DNA of 64,000 bases from an uncultured Actinomycetes bacterium (GTDB lineage: Bacteria > Actinomycetota > UBA4738 > HRBIN12): positions 384,001 through 448,000 of the forward strand of contig OY969934.1 in NCBI GenBank assembly GCA_963704725.1. The letters are read 5' to 3'. The position numbers and the translations under genes were made by a program. This document shows, piece after piece, positions 9,873 to 19,438 of the stretch. Below the pieces are notes generated by a model. That model worked only from the letters and a program-made list of their open reading frames with translations, was not told where the DNA came from and searched no databases. The first letter of the stretch is position 1. Each line of letters opens with the position of its first letter.

Positions 9873-10766
9873 CTACCGCGGCGGCGGGACCGGCCGAACC
9901 GAACGCCGAAGCTCGAGGAGCGTCGCCTCGGGCCGGCACAGGAATCGGAACGGCGCGTACTTGCTCGTCCCGAGCCCGGGTGAGACGTGCACGAGGCCGT
10001 CCCCGAGACGGAACAGCCCCGAGACCACCCGGCGCGGAAGGTTCGAGTTCGTGACGATCGCGCCGACGAGCGGCAGGCGGATCTGCCCGCCGTGCGTGTG
10101 GCCGGCCACGACGAAGCCGTAGCCGCACGCGACGGCCTCCGGCGCCGAGTCGGGGGAGTGCATCACCGCGAACCCGAACCGTTCCGGGGCCCGGCGCGGA
10201 ACCACCCGCAGGTCCTGCCGGGCCACGTGTGAGTCGTCGAGCCCGAGCAGCTCGACGGCGAGGCCGTCGACGTCGATCTCGGCGCGGACGTTCGTGAGGT
10301 CGGTCCACCCATCCGCCTCGAGCGCGCGGACGAGGTCTCGGGACCGGCCGCGGTGGCCTCGGCGAGGCCTTCGGCGGGTCCGGGGAACGAGGTACCGGAA
10401 CGGGTTCACCGGCCGGGGGGCGTAGTAATCGTTCGAGCCGAGCACGAACCAGGAGGCGAGCCGGCCGCGGTTGGGGCGGACCGCATCCACGACGGCTTCC
10501 ACGGCCGCCGGCTCGGCCAGGAAGTCGCCGGTCACGATCGTGACGTCCGCCGCGGGGAGCGAGGCCAGGAACCGGGCCTTGCGTGCGTCGCGCCGCACGA
10601 AGTGCAGGTCCGACAGGTGCAGCACGTGGATCGTCTCGGGACCGCCCGTCGGTAGGATGGCGACGTCGTGCCGCACCAGTCGGTACGAGCGGCGCTCGAT
10701 GAGCACGCCGTAGGCGACGCAGGCGACGCCGGCGACGAGGACGGCGAGCACGATGGCGATGAGCAC
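9873..10766 (-). CDS. Calcineurin-like metallophosphoesterase
   Basis: LSDLH, TGD, GSND, HSPD, GHTHGGQ motifs; start codon approximate. Confidence 0.85.
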   Translation of the reverse strand: MLIAIVLAVLVAGVACVAYGVLIERRSYRLVRHDVAILPTGGPETIHVLHLSDLHFVRRDARKARFLASLPAADVTIVTGDFLAEPAAVEAVVDAVRPNRGRLASWFVLGSNDYYAPRPVNPFRYLVPRTRRRPRRGHRGRSRDLVRALEADGWTDLTNVRAEIDVDGLAVELLGLDDSHVARQDLRVVPRRAPERFGFAVMHSPDSAPEAVACGYGFVVAGHTHGGQIRLPLVGAIVTNSNLPRRVVSGLFRLGDGLVHVSPGLGTSKYAPFRFLCRPEATLLELRRSVRPVPPPR

Positions 10767-10782
10767 GGAAGGGGAGTCTACG

Positions 10783-11238
10783 GTGGGCGAGGCCTCGCTC
10801 AGGACGAGGGTCCACGACGAGATGACCGCGGCGATGAAGGACCGCGACAAGGTCCGGCTCGGGGCGCTGCGGATGCTCGCCGCATCGATCACCAACCGCG
10901 AGAAGGAGATCCTGCACGAGCTCTCGGACGACGAGGTCCGCGAGGTCGCCGGCCGCGAGGTGAAGAAGCGCTCGGAGTCGATCGAGGCGTTCGAGGCCGG
11001 CGGGCGGATGGACCTCGTCGAGCGGGAGCGTGCCGAGCGCGAGGTCCTGCGAGCCTACGCGCCCGAGCCGCTCGAGGACTCGGCCGTCGAGGCGCTGATC
11101 GACGAGGCCATCGCCTCGACCGGAGCGACCTCGGCCCGTGAGATGGGCAAGGTCATGGGCGTCGTGATGGGCCGGGTCAAGGGCAGGGTCGACGGCGCCC
11201 TGGTGCAGCGCAAGGTCCGGGAGCGCCTCGGGGACTAG
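10783..11238 (+). CDS. GatB/YqeY domain protein
   Basis: AMKDRDKVRL..LRM, KKRSESIEAF..GGR, MGKVMG. Confidence 0.9.
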   Translation: MGEASLRTRVHDEMTAAMKDRDKVRLGALRMLAASITNREKEILHELSDDEVREVAGREVKKRSESIEAFEAGGRMDLVERERAEREVLRAYAPEPLEDSAVEALIDEAIASTGATSAREMGKVMGVVMGRVKGRVDGALVQRKVRERLGD

Positions 11239-13712
11239 GGCTTGGTGGGGCCCGTCGGCCCGGTGGCTCCGCCGTCGCCGCCGATGCGGCCCACCTGGAT
11301 CGTGATGGTCGCGCCCGCGTCGACGACCTTCGTGCCGTCGCCGATGGGGACCTGCGAGAGCACGATGCCCTCCTGGGAGTGGTCCTCGACGCTCACATAC
11401 TCGACGGCGGCGACGAGCCCCAGGTCCTGGATCTGCCTGACGGCCTGGCGTTCGGTGAGCCCGGTGAGGCGGGGCACGATGACCGGCTCGCCGCGTCCGT
11501 TGCTCACCTGGATCGTCACCGCGCTTCCGAGGACCGCGCTCGAGCCACCGCCGGGTGACTGGGCCAGCACCATGTTGACGGTCTCGAACGAGAGCACCTT
11601 CTCGACGATGGGGGTGAAGTTGGCCTCGGCCAGCGCCTGCTGCGCCTCCTCGGACCGCATGCCGACGACGTCGGGGATGTGACCCCGCGCGGGAGCCGGC
11701 GGCGCCTCGAACCCCTCGACGGGGTAGTCCTGCATCGCCTTGACCATGAAGGCGTGCCAGATCGGCGCGGCCACCGTTCCCCCGAACACCGAACTGCCGA
11801 AGTAGTCGTCCATCGGGATCTGCCCGCTGGGGAACCCGACCCAGACGGCGGTGGCCACCTGCGGCGTGTAGCCGGCGAAGTACACGTTCGTGTAGTCCTG
11901 CGCCGTCCCGGTCTTGCCGGCGACGGGGCGCCCGATCCCGCCCGCCGCCGTGCCGGTCCCGCAACAGACCACGCGCTCCAGCATGGCCGTGACGAGATGC
12001 GCGATCTCGGGGTCGATCACCTGCTCGCACTGCGCGCGGTGTTTGTACAGCGTCTCGAACCCGCCGTTCTCCCTCGGCTGCTCGACGCGGGCCACGGCGA
12101 ACGGCTTGCAGTGGATCCCGTCGTTGGCGAGCGTCCCGTAGGCGGAGGCCATGTCGAGCGTCGAGACCTCCTCGACCCCGAGCGTGATGGAGGGAACGGC
12201 GTCGAGGGGCGACGTGATGCCCATGTCGTGCGCCGTCTCCACGATGTGCTCCGGACCGACGTCGAGCGCGAGCTGCGCGAACACCACGTTGACCGAGTTC
12301 TCCGTGGCCGACCACAGGTCCATGTAGCCGGCGTCGCCGACGGGCTCGGCGTTGCTCACGCAGCCGCTCGCGCTGATCCATCCCTCGAGGCCGCACTGGG
12401 GCGACTTCGACGAGTAGACCTTGCCCGGCGGGAACCCTTCCCGGAACGCCGTGACGAGGGTGAACGGCTTGAAGGCGGACCCGACCTGCCGCGTGCCGTG
12501 CCAGACCAGGTCGAGCTGGTCCCGCCGGTAGTTCTTCCCCGAGAGCATGGCCCTGATCGCCCCGCTCCGCGTGTCGACGGAGACGAGCGACGTGTCGGGC
12601 CCCGCGTCGGGCTGGATGTACGTGCTCGCGTCCACGGCCTCCTGGGCGTAGTCCTGCCACTCGGGTTGGAGCGTCGTGTAGATCCTGAGGCCCCCCTGGT
12701 ACAGCGTTCGCACACGCTGCTCGTACGTCTTGCCGAAGGCGTCGAACTCCCCGTTCACGTCGTCGAGGACGAGCTGACGGATGTAGGAGACGAAGAAGGG
12801 CTCGACCTTCTGCTCCGGCGGGCCCGCGTCGGGCGCGAGCCCCAGGCCGCTCGCCTTGGCCCGCTCGGCCTTCCGCTCGCCGATCAGGCCGAGCTGGAGC
12901 ATCCGGTCGATCACCACGTCGCGGCGCCGCAGGGCCGAGTCCGCGTTCGTGACCGGGTCGTACAGGCCCGGCGCCCGGATCACCCCGGCCAGCAGGGCTG
13001 CCTCCGGAAGCGTCAGCTTCGACGGCGGTTTGCGGAAGTAGGTTTGCGACGCCGTGCCGATCCCGTAGGCGCCGTTCCCGAAGTACACCTCGTTCAGGTA
13101 CATCTCGAGGATCTCGTCCTTCGTGTACCTGCGCTCGACGCGGATCGCCAGGGCCGCCTCCTGGAACTTGCGGGCGAACGTCTGGCTCGGCACGTCGATC
13201 AGCACGTTCTTCACGAGCTGCTGGGTGATCGTGGACGCCCCCTGCTCGATCTCGCCGGAGGCGAGGTCCTTGAGCGCCGCCCGCATCAGGCCAGGGAAGT
13301 CCAGGGCACCGTGCTCGTAGAAGCCGTCGTCCTCGATCGCGAGCACCGCGCTCTGGGCGACCTGCGCGACGTTCTCGAGCTGCACGATCCGCCGGTTCTC
13401 GTCCAGATAGACCGTCGCCAGGACCGATCCGTCCGCCGCGTAGATCACCGAGCGCTCGGGGAACCGGGGGATGCGGACCCGGCCCACGCCCGCCTCGTCC
13501 AGACGATCGTGGAAGGCGTTCACCCCCATGGTCGCCCCCGCGAACAGCGGCAGCAGGACGAGCGCGACGAGCAGCGCCCCGAACGCCAGGACGACGGCGA
13601 GCAGCACGGGGACCAGTGCGGGGATGACGCGCTTGGGGCGGAGCTGGTTCGGCGGTTTGGGGCGGGCCCGTCGCTGGGCGGGCCGGCGGCGGTGGCTGGG
13701 GGGCGCCTGCAC
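11235..13712 (-). CDS. Class A penicillin-binding protein (transglycosylase-transpeptidase) with PASTA domains
   Basis: AIEDDGFYEH, GASTITQQLVKN, RKFQE, GSAFK (SxxK), SVN, KTGT; C-terminal PASTA repeats. Confidence 0.92.
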   Translation of the reverse strand: MQAPPSHRRRPAQRRARPKPPNQLRPKRVIPALVPVLLAVVLAFGALLVALVLLPLFAGATMGVNAFHDRLDEAGVGRVRIPRFPERSVIYAADGSVLATVYLDENRRIVQLENVAQVAQSAVLAIEDDGFYEHGALDFPGLMRAALKDLASGEIEQGASTITQQLVKNVLIDVPSQTFARKFQEAALAIRVERRYTKDEILEMYLNEVYFGNGAYGIGTASQTYFRKPPSKLTLPEAALLAGVIRAPGLYDPVTNADSALRRRDVVIDRMLQLGLIGERKAERAKASGLGLAPDAGPPEQKVEPFFVSYIRQLVLDDVNGEFDAFGKTYEQRVRTLYQGGLRIYTTLQPEWQDYAQEAVDASTYIQPDAGPDTSLVSVDTRSGAIRAMLSGKNYRRDQLDLVWHGTRQVGSAFKPFTLVTAFREGFPPGKVYSSKSPQCGLEGWISASGCVSNAEPVGDAGYMDLWSATENSVNVVFAQLALDVGPEHIVETAHDMGITSPLDAVPSITLGVEEVSTLDMASAYGTLANDGIHCKPFAVARVEQPRENGGFETLYKHRAQCEQVIDPEIAHLVTAMLERVVCCGTGTAAGGIGRPVAGKTGTAQDYTNVYFAGYTPQVATAVWVGFPSGQIPMDDYFGSSVFGGTVAAPIWHAFMVKAMQDYPVEGFEAPPAPARGHIPDVVGMRSEEAQQALAEANFTPIVEKVLSFETVNMVLAQSPGGGSSAVLGSAVTIQVSNGRGEPVIVPRLTGLTERQAVRQIQDLGLVAAVEYVSVEDHSQEGIVLSQVPIGDGTKVVDAGATITIQVGRIGGDGGATGPTGPTKP

Positions 13713-13771
13713 GGTCGCGGCCAGGATACCGGCGCGGGGGGGTCGGTTCGCGTGGGTACCATGAGAAGTCC

Positions 13772-15136
13772 ATGCGCCGCGTCGCCTCGGTCCTTTCGCT
13801 CATCTGGGCGCTCGTCTGGACGGTGTGCGCGTGGCCCCCGCCCGCCACGGCCGCGGATGCGGCCTCGGTCGTCGTGGTGAAGGTCGACGGGTCGATCGAC
13901 CGGACGGTCGCGGGATACCTGCGGGATGCGCTCGGCGACGCCGAGGCGTCGGGCTCGACCGTGGTGATGCAGCTCGACAGCGCGGGCACGATCGACCAGG
14001 ACGCCGTGTCGCTCGCCACGCGCATCCACGACGCCACCGTCCCCGTGGTCGTGTGGGTGGGGCCGTCGCCGGCCAAGGCTCAGGGCGCCGGTCTCCTCTT
14101 CCTGTACGCGGCGAGCGTGGCCGCGGTGGCGCCGGGCGTCGGCGTGGGGCCGCTCGAGCCGCTCGACCTCGGGGGCGCGCCGGAGCCCGCCCCGGCCGAG
14201 GTCCGCCGCCTGGCCACGTCCTGGATCCTCGAGCGCGATCGCCCGATGCCGGTCTCGTTCCCCGCCGAACCGGTGCCGGCCCAGGCGGCGATCGACGGGC
14301 ACATCGCCGCATACGCCGCCGTGACCGTGCCGGGGCTGCTGGACCGTCTGGACGGCGTCGTGGTGCGGACCGCCGGCGGGGAGGTCACGCTCCACACGAA
14401 GATCGCCCGGGCCGAGGGGGAGGTCCCGGTCGACGTCGAGTTCGTCGACCTCGGGCCGATCGCGCGCGTGCTGCACGCCGCGTCCTCACCGACCTGGATC
14501 TTCGTGCTGCTCGTGCTCGGCCTGGCCGGGCTCGCCTTCGAGCTCACCCAGCCGGGGTTCGGGTTCGCCGGGTTCGCCGGCGTGGGGATGCTGGCGCTCG
14601 CCGTCTACGGGCTCACCGTCGTTCCGTTCTCGTGGCCGGGTCTGGTGGGGTTGGTGGGGGGGCTCGGCCTCATGACGCTCGACGTGCGGGTCCGCAAGCT
14701 CGGGCCGCTGAGCGCGATCGGCCTCGTCGCGTTCGTGGGCGGGTCGGTCGTGACGTTCGGGGGCGTCGCGGACCAGATCGACGTCTCGCCGTGGCTGATC
14801 GGATCGTCCGGCGTGGCGGCACTCCTGTATTGGGGGTTCGGGCTCACGGTGGCGGTCCAGTCGCGGGACCGGATCACCTCGACGCAGAGGGGCCTCGTCG
14901 GGTTGGTGGGGGAGGCGCGCGGCGAGCTGAAGCCGGAGGGGCCGGTCTACGTGAAGGGCACCCTGTGGCGGGGCCGCAGCACGAACGGCCCCATCGCCGC
15001 GGGGACCCGGATCCGCGTTCGGGCCGTGGACGGGCTGATCCTGCGGGTCCAGGCGGAGCCCGATCCGGCCGCCGGGACCGAGACCGAGCCCCCGCTCCCG
15101 GGGCCCCGGCCCGAGACGGGGCCGGCCGAGACCTGA
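13772..15136 (+). CDS. NfeD family membrane protein
   Basis: N-terminal ClpP-like domain (VPVVVWVGPS), transmembrane block (FELTQPGFG), C-terminal OB domain (G.VYVKGTLW). Confidence 0.8.
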   Translation: MRRVASVLSLIWALVWTVCAWPPPATAADAASVVVVKVDGSIDRTVAGYLRDALGDAEASGSTVVMQLDSAGTIDQDAVSLATRIHDATVPVVVWVGPSPAKAQGAGLLFLYAASVAAVAPGVGVGPLEPLDLGGAPEPAPAEVRRLATSWILERDRPMPVSFPAEPVPAQAAIDGHIAAYAAVTVPGLLDRLDGVVVRTAGGEVTLHTKIARAEGEVPVDVEFVDLGPIARVLHAASSPTWIFVLLVLGLAGLAFELTQPGFGFAGFAGVGMLALAVYGLTVVPFSWPGLVGLVGGLGLMTLDVRVRKLGPLSAIGLVAFVGGSVVTFGGVADQIDVSPWLIGSSGVAALLYWGFGLTVAVQSRDRITSTQRGLVGLVGEARGELKPEGPVYVKGTLWRGRSTNGPIAAGTRIRVRAVDGLILRVQAEPDPAAGTETEPPLPGPRPETGPAET

Positions 15137-15269
15137 GCCCGGGCCCTGCCCCCGGTTACGAACTTGTGCGTTTTTCCCCAACGCCGAGGTAAAGCCCCCA
15201 CCGGGCGGAATCCCCTCGCGATCGAGATACGAAAGACCAAGCAAGAGCTCGACCCGAGGAGTGGCCTGC

Positions 15270-15551
15270 GTGGCGGAGCGGATGTTCGCCGACTGGACGT
15301 ACGGCTGGCAGTTCGAGGCGGCGTGCCGGGGCGAGGAGTCCTCGCTCTTCTTCGCGCCGAACTACTTCGAGCGGCGCGAGGAGAAGGACCGGCGCGAGGC
15401 CCGGGCGAAGGGGATCTGCGCCCGATGCGGGGTCCGCACCACCTGCCTCGAGTACGCGCTCAAGATCCGCGAGTCCCACGGCATCTGGGGTGGCATGAAC
15501 GAGCTCGAGCGGCGCCAGCTCCTGCGCCGTCAGGCCCTCCAGGCCGGCTGA
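15270..15551 (+). CDS. WhiB family Fe-S transcriptional regulator
   Basis: Four Cys (AAC...ICARC.VRTTC) and GIWGG; start could be 15261, 15270 or 15282. Confidence 0.92.
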   Translation: MAERMFADWTYGWQFEAACRGEESSLFFAPNYFERREEKDRREARAKGICARCGVRTTCLEYALKIRESHGIWGGMNELERRQLLRRQALQAG

Positions 15552-15641
15552 GCTCCACCTCGCCCGCCGCTTCCCGTTCTGCGAGGATGCTCCACGCCCC
15601 TGTCCCGGTCCCCGCGCCGGGCGGACGAGGAAGGGACCGCC

Positions 15642-16097
15642 GTGATCGAGGAGCGTCTCGCAGAGCTGGGGATCGAGCTGCCGCCGGCCGCCGCGCCGCT
15701 CGCGTCCTACGTGCCGGTTCGGATCTCGGGCACGCATGCGTACGTCTCCGGCCAGGTGCCGCTCGAGGAGGGTCGCCTGCTGTCCTCCGGGCGGCTCGGA
15801 GCGGAGCGCTCGGTCGAAGAGGGGCAGGGGGCCGCGCGGCGCTGCGCGCTGCAGGCGCTCGCGGCGCTCCGCGACGCGCTCGGCAGGCTCGATCGGGTGC
15901 GGGGGGTGGTGAAGCTCGACGTCTTCGTCGCCTCCGCTCCGGGGTTCACCGATCAGCCGAAGGTGGCCAACGGCGCGAGCGATGTCCTGGTCGAGATCTT
16001 CGGAGAACCGGGCCGTCACGCCCGGACGGCGGTCGGGGTGTCGGAGCTGCCGCTCGGCGCCTCCGTCGAGGTCGCCGTGACCGTGCAGATCGACTGA
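15642..16097 (+). CDS. RidA/YjgF family protein
   Basis: YVP, SGQVP, FTDQPKVANGASD, GRHARTAVGV..LP...VE. Confidence 0.9.
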   Translation: MIEERLAELGIELPPAAAPLASYVPVRISGTHAYVSGQVPLEEGRLLSSGRLGAERSVEEGQGAARRCALQALAALRDALGRLDRVRGVVKLDVFVASAPGFTDQPKVANGASDVLVEIFGEPGRHARTAVGVSELPLGASVEVAVTVQID

Positions 16098-16098
16098 C

Positions 16099-17979
16099 CT
16101 AGGACCCGCGCGCGAACCGCAGGTCGCCGCTGCGGCGCGTCACCCCGGTCCGGTCGAGATGCTCCATCAGCGGGACCGCGTACCGCCGCGACGTGCCCAG
16201 GGCCTGACGTATCGCGCTCACCGTGATGCCCGCGGATCCGGCCCGACGGACGGCGTCGACCGCCCGGGCCACGAGCGCCGGCGTCAGGACCAGGTCCGGG
16301 CCGATGCGGACGAGGGCGCCGGTGCGGATCGCGGCGTCGATCGTGGGGCGCGGCACGCCCGAGCGCACCAGCTCGCCGATCGAGGGGGGCGTCGGTTCGC
16401 CGTTCGCGACCGCCGCCACCACGCCGGCGAGCTCCGCGTCCTCCACGCCGGGCCGGTGCGAGGGGACGCGCAGGGTTCGCCCGCTCCTTCTGACGTCGCC
16501 GGTCCGGACGAGATCCTCGAGCAGCGCGTCGGCCAGGTCTTTAGCCGCGGGCGCGCCGGCCTCACGAAGGGCGTGGATCACGATCGCCTGCACGTCGGCC
16601 GCCTCCGCACCCTCGGCCGCGGGGTTCGCCTCGTGGAAGGCTCCGAGCCGGCCGTTGACCTCGAACCTCACGCGATCGCGCACGGTCGCGGCGACCCACC
16701 ATCGCCCGACGAGGTCCGCGCCCTCGATCGCGTCGGCGGCGGTGAGCGCCCGAAGGTCGGTGTCTCGGACCGCTCGCCGCTCGGCCAGCAGGAGCGCCGG
16801 GAGCTCCTCGGGCCGGCCGCGCGCCCGGCGGGCCAGGCGCTCCTGCGCATCCGAGCCGGGCCGGCGGGGCGGCGACGGGTCCAGGACCACGCCGCCCGCC
16901 ACGGTCTCGCTCCGTCCCGATTCGCGCAGGACGAACCGGTCGCGGACGTCCAGGACCGCCGGCGCGGAGAGCCGGATCCGCGCGAACGCTCCCTCGGGCG
17001 GCAGCGCACCCCCGCCGTACAGCCGGAGGGTGGCGACCCGTTCGGCCGCCCCCGCGTGGAACGTGAAGGCGCCCCTCGACGTGACCGGATGGGCCAGGCC
17101 GCGGACCGGCCTGAGGTGGGCCTCGATCGTGACGGTCGGGCGCCACTCCCCCGGGTGTGCGAGCACGTCGCCTCGCTCGATCCGTCCGCGATCGAGGCCT
17201 GCGAGGTTCACGGCGACCCGGGACACCGGGCGCGCCAGGTCGATGCGCCGCTTGTGCGTCTGCAGCCCCCGGATCCGGGCCCGGCTCCCCGAGGGCAGCG
17301 CCTCCACTTCGTCGCCGACCGCGAGGGCTCCTCCCGCCAGCGTCCCGGTGACGACCGTGCCGGCGCCGGCGATCGTGAACACGCGATCGACGAAGTGGCG
17401 GGCCCGACCGCTCGCGGCCACCGGCGGCGCGGCGGCCACCGCCCGGTCGAGCGCGCCGGCGAGCTCTGCGACCCCGGCGCCGGTGGTGGACGAGCAGGCG
17501 ACGACCGACACGCCGTCCAGCGCGGTGCCCCGGATCCGGTCGCGCACCTCCGCCTCCACCTCGGCCAGCCGCTCGGGCCCGACGAGGTCGGACTTCGTCA
17601 GGGCCACCACGGCGCCGTCGACCCCCAGGACGTCGACGATGGCCAGATGCTCCTCGGACTGCCGCCGCCACCCCTCGTCCGCGGCGACGACGAACAGGAC
17701 GAGTCGCACGGGACCGACGCCGGCGAGCATCGTGCGGACGAACCGCTCGTGGCCGGGGACGTCGACGAACCCGATCTCTCGCCCCGACGGGAGCCGGCAC
17801 CACGCGTAGCCGAGCTCGATCGTGAGCCCGCGCCGCTTCTCCTCCTCCAGTCGGTCGGGGTCGATCCCCGTCAGCCGATGGATCAGGCTCGACTTGCCGT
17901 GGTCGACGTGGCCGGCCGTGGCCACGACGTGGAGCGGGAGGTCCTGGTCGTCGCCGGGTGCCGACGGTGGCGCGGTCAC
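16099..17979 (-). CDS. selB: Selenocysteine-specific translation elongation factor
   Basis: VATAGHVDHGKS, EEKRRGLTIELG, DVPGHERF, TKSD; C-terminal SRRYAVPLMEHLD winged helix; GTG overlaps the selA stop. Confidence 0.93.
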   Translation of the reverse strand: MTAPPSAPGDDQDLPLHVVATAGHVDHGKSSLIHRLTGIDPDRLEEEKRRGLTIELGYAWCRLPSGREIGFVDVPGHERFVRTMLAGVGPVRLVLFVVAADEGWRRQSEEHLAIVDVLGVDGAVVALTKSDLVGPERLAEVEAEVRDRIRGTALDGVSVVACSSTTGAGVAELAGALDRAVAAAPPVAASGRARHFVDRVFTIAGAGTVVTGTLAGGALAVGDEVEALPSGSRARIRGLQTHKRRIDLARPVSRVAVNLAGLDRGRIERGDVLAHPGEWRPTVTIEAHLRPVRGLAHPVTSRGAFTFHAGAAERVATLRLYGGGALPPEGAFARIRLSAPAVLDVRDRFVLRESGRSETVAGGVVLDPSPPRRPGSDAQERLARRARGRPEELPALLLAERRAVRDTDLRALTAADAIEGADLVGRWWVAATVRDRVRFEVNGRLGAFHEANPAAEGAEAADVQAIVIHALREAGAPAAKDLADALLEDLVRTGDVRRSGRTLRVPSHRPGVEDAELAGVVAAVANGEPTPPSIGELVRSGVPRPTIDAAIRTGALVRIGPDLVLTPALVARAVDAVRRAGSAGITVSAIRQALGTSRRYAVPLMEHLDRTGVTRRSGDLRFARGS

Positions 17980-19364
17980 TCGTCGTCGAGGTCGTCGCTC
18001 TCGCGCGCGTACTGGATCGCTCGCGAGAGGTCGGCGATCTCGTCCCCGCGCACGGTTCGCAGATCGAAGAGCACGCCGCGTTCGGTCACGCGGCAGAAGA
18101 CCGGGGGCGATCCGGTCCGCAGGCGGACCGCCGTGGCATCGGGGTCGGGGGTGCGGACCTCCACCCCGAACGACGACAGCGTGTATCCGGGCAGGGACCC
18201 GCCGCCGACGGCCGAGGAGCAGGCCACCACCCGGGCGCCCTCGAGCTCGCCGTCGAGCGCGATCGCCAGGGTCTCGGCGCGCAACCGGACCTCCTCGGCC
18301 GGCTCGCGCAGCATCCGCCACACGGGGATCTCGTCTCGCCGATCCGCGGCGTAGGCGGCGAGCACGCGCTCGAGCGCGGCCACCTGCATCTTGTCCACGC
18401 GCACGGCCCGCGCGATCGGATGCCGGCGCAGGCGCGCGACGAGGTCCGACCTCCCCAGCACGATCCCCGCCTGCGGTCCGCCGAGCAGCTTGTCGCCCGA
18501 GAACACCACGAGGTCGGCGCCGTCGGAGAGCGCGCCTACGGCCGTGGGTTCGTCCGGCGGGATCCCCGGCACCCGATCGATCAGGCCGGACCCGAGGTCG
18601 TACAGGAACGGGACCTGGGCCTTCGCGGCGACGGCGGCGAGCTCGGCCGCGGAGGGGGCCGCGGTGAAGCCGACGACCCGGTAGTTGCTGGGGTGGACCT
18701 TGAGGATGAGGGCGGTCCGGTCGGTCAGGGCGGACCGGAAGTCCGCCACCCGGGTCCGGTTGGTGGTCCCGACCTCGACGAGGTGCGCTCCGGAGGCCCC
18801 CAGGATGTCGGGGATGCGGAACTCGCCGCCGATCTCGATCAGCTCGCCGCGCGAGACGAGCACCTGCTTGCCCCGCGCGAGGCAGGCCAGCGCGAGCAGC
18901 AGCCCGGCCGCTCCGTTGTTCACGATCAGGCCGTCCTCGGCACCGGTGAGCGCCGCCGCGAGCACCTCGGCCCTCGCGCTGCGGCGGCCGCGGGCGCCGC
19001 TGCTGCGCTCGACCTCGAGGTCCGTGTACCCCTCGGCCGCGCGGGCCGCCGCCTCGACCGCCGCCGGCGGCAGCGGCGCCCGTCCGAGCCCCGTGTGCAG
19101 GACGACGCCGGTCGCGTTGATGACCCGGCCGAGCCCATTCGCCGCCGCGGCGGCGAGTCCGATCGCCCGAGCCAGGATCTCGTCCCGCGAGGGGGGCTCG
19201 CCGCCTCGCGCGGCGGAGGCTCGAACCTCCTCTAGCGTGCTGGTGATCGTGCGCTTGAGCAGGGTGCGCCCGAAGGTCGCGCCGGCGCGCCGGCCCGGCT
19301 CGGACCGCAGTAGCGTGTCGACCGACGGGATCCGGCGCCGCGGTTCGGTTGCGGTCCGCGCCAT
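17976..19364 (-). CDS. selA: L-seryl-tRNA(Sec) selenium transferase
   Basis: VINATGVVLHT.LGRAP, SRGELIEIGGEFRIP, VGTTNRT, KVHPSNY, FSGDKLLGGPQAG. Confidence 0.95.
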   Translation of the reverse strand: MARTATEPRRRIPSVDTLLRSEPGRRAGATFGRTLLKRTITSTLEEVRASAARGGEPPSRDEILARAIGLAAAAANGLGRVINATGVVLHTGLGRAPLPPAAVEAAARAAEGYTDLEVERSSGARGRRSARAEVLAAALTGAEDGLIVNNGAAGLLLALACLARGKQVLVSRGELIEIGGEFRIPDILGASGAHLVEVGTTNRTRVADFRSALTDRTALILKVHPSNYRVVGFTAAPSAAELAAVAAKAQVPFLYDLGSGLIDRVPGIPPDEPTAVGALSDGADLVVFSGDKLLGGPQAGIVLGRSDLVARLRRHPIARAVRVDKMQVAALERVLAAYAADRRDEIPVWRMLREPAEEVRLRAETLAIALDGELEGARVVACSSAVGGGSLPGYTLSSFGVEVRTPDPDATAVRLRTGSPPVFCRVTERGVLFDLRTVRGDEIADLSRAIQYARESDDLDDE

Positions 19365-19438
19365 GGCCAGAGCGTATCCGCTCGGCCCGGGGTCGGCCCC
19401 GACGACGTTCGCGCCCCACTCGGTAGGATGGGCCTCCG

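Noticed and set aside
9622-14076. Very long alternative-frame ORFs (e.g. 1484 aa here, 1372 aa at 54455, N-terminal extensions of selB, adnB and uvrD2)
   Set aside because: R/A/G/P-rich shadow frames typical of high-GC DNA, overlapping well-supported genes.
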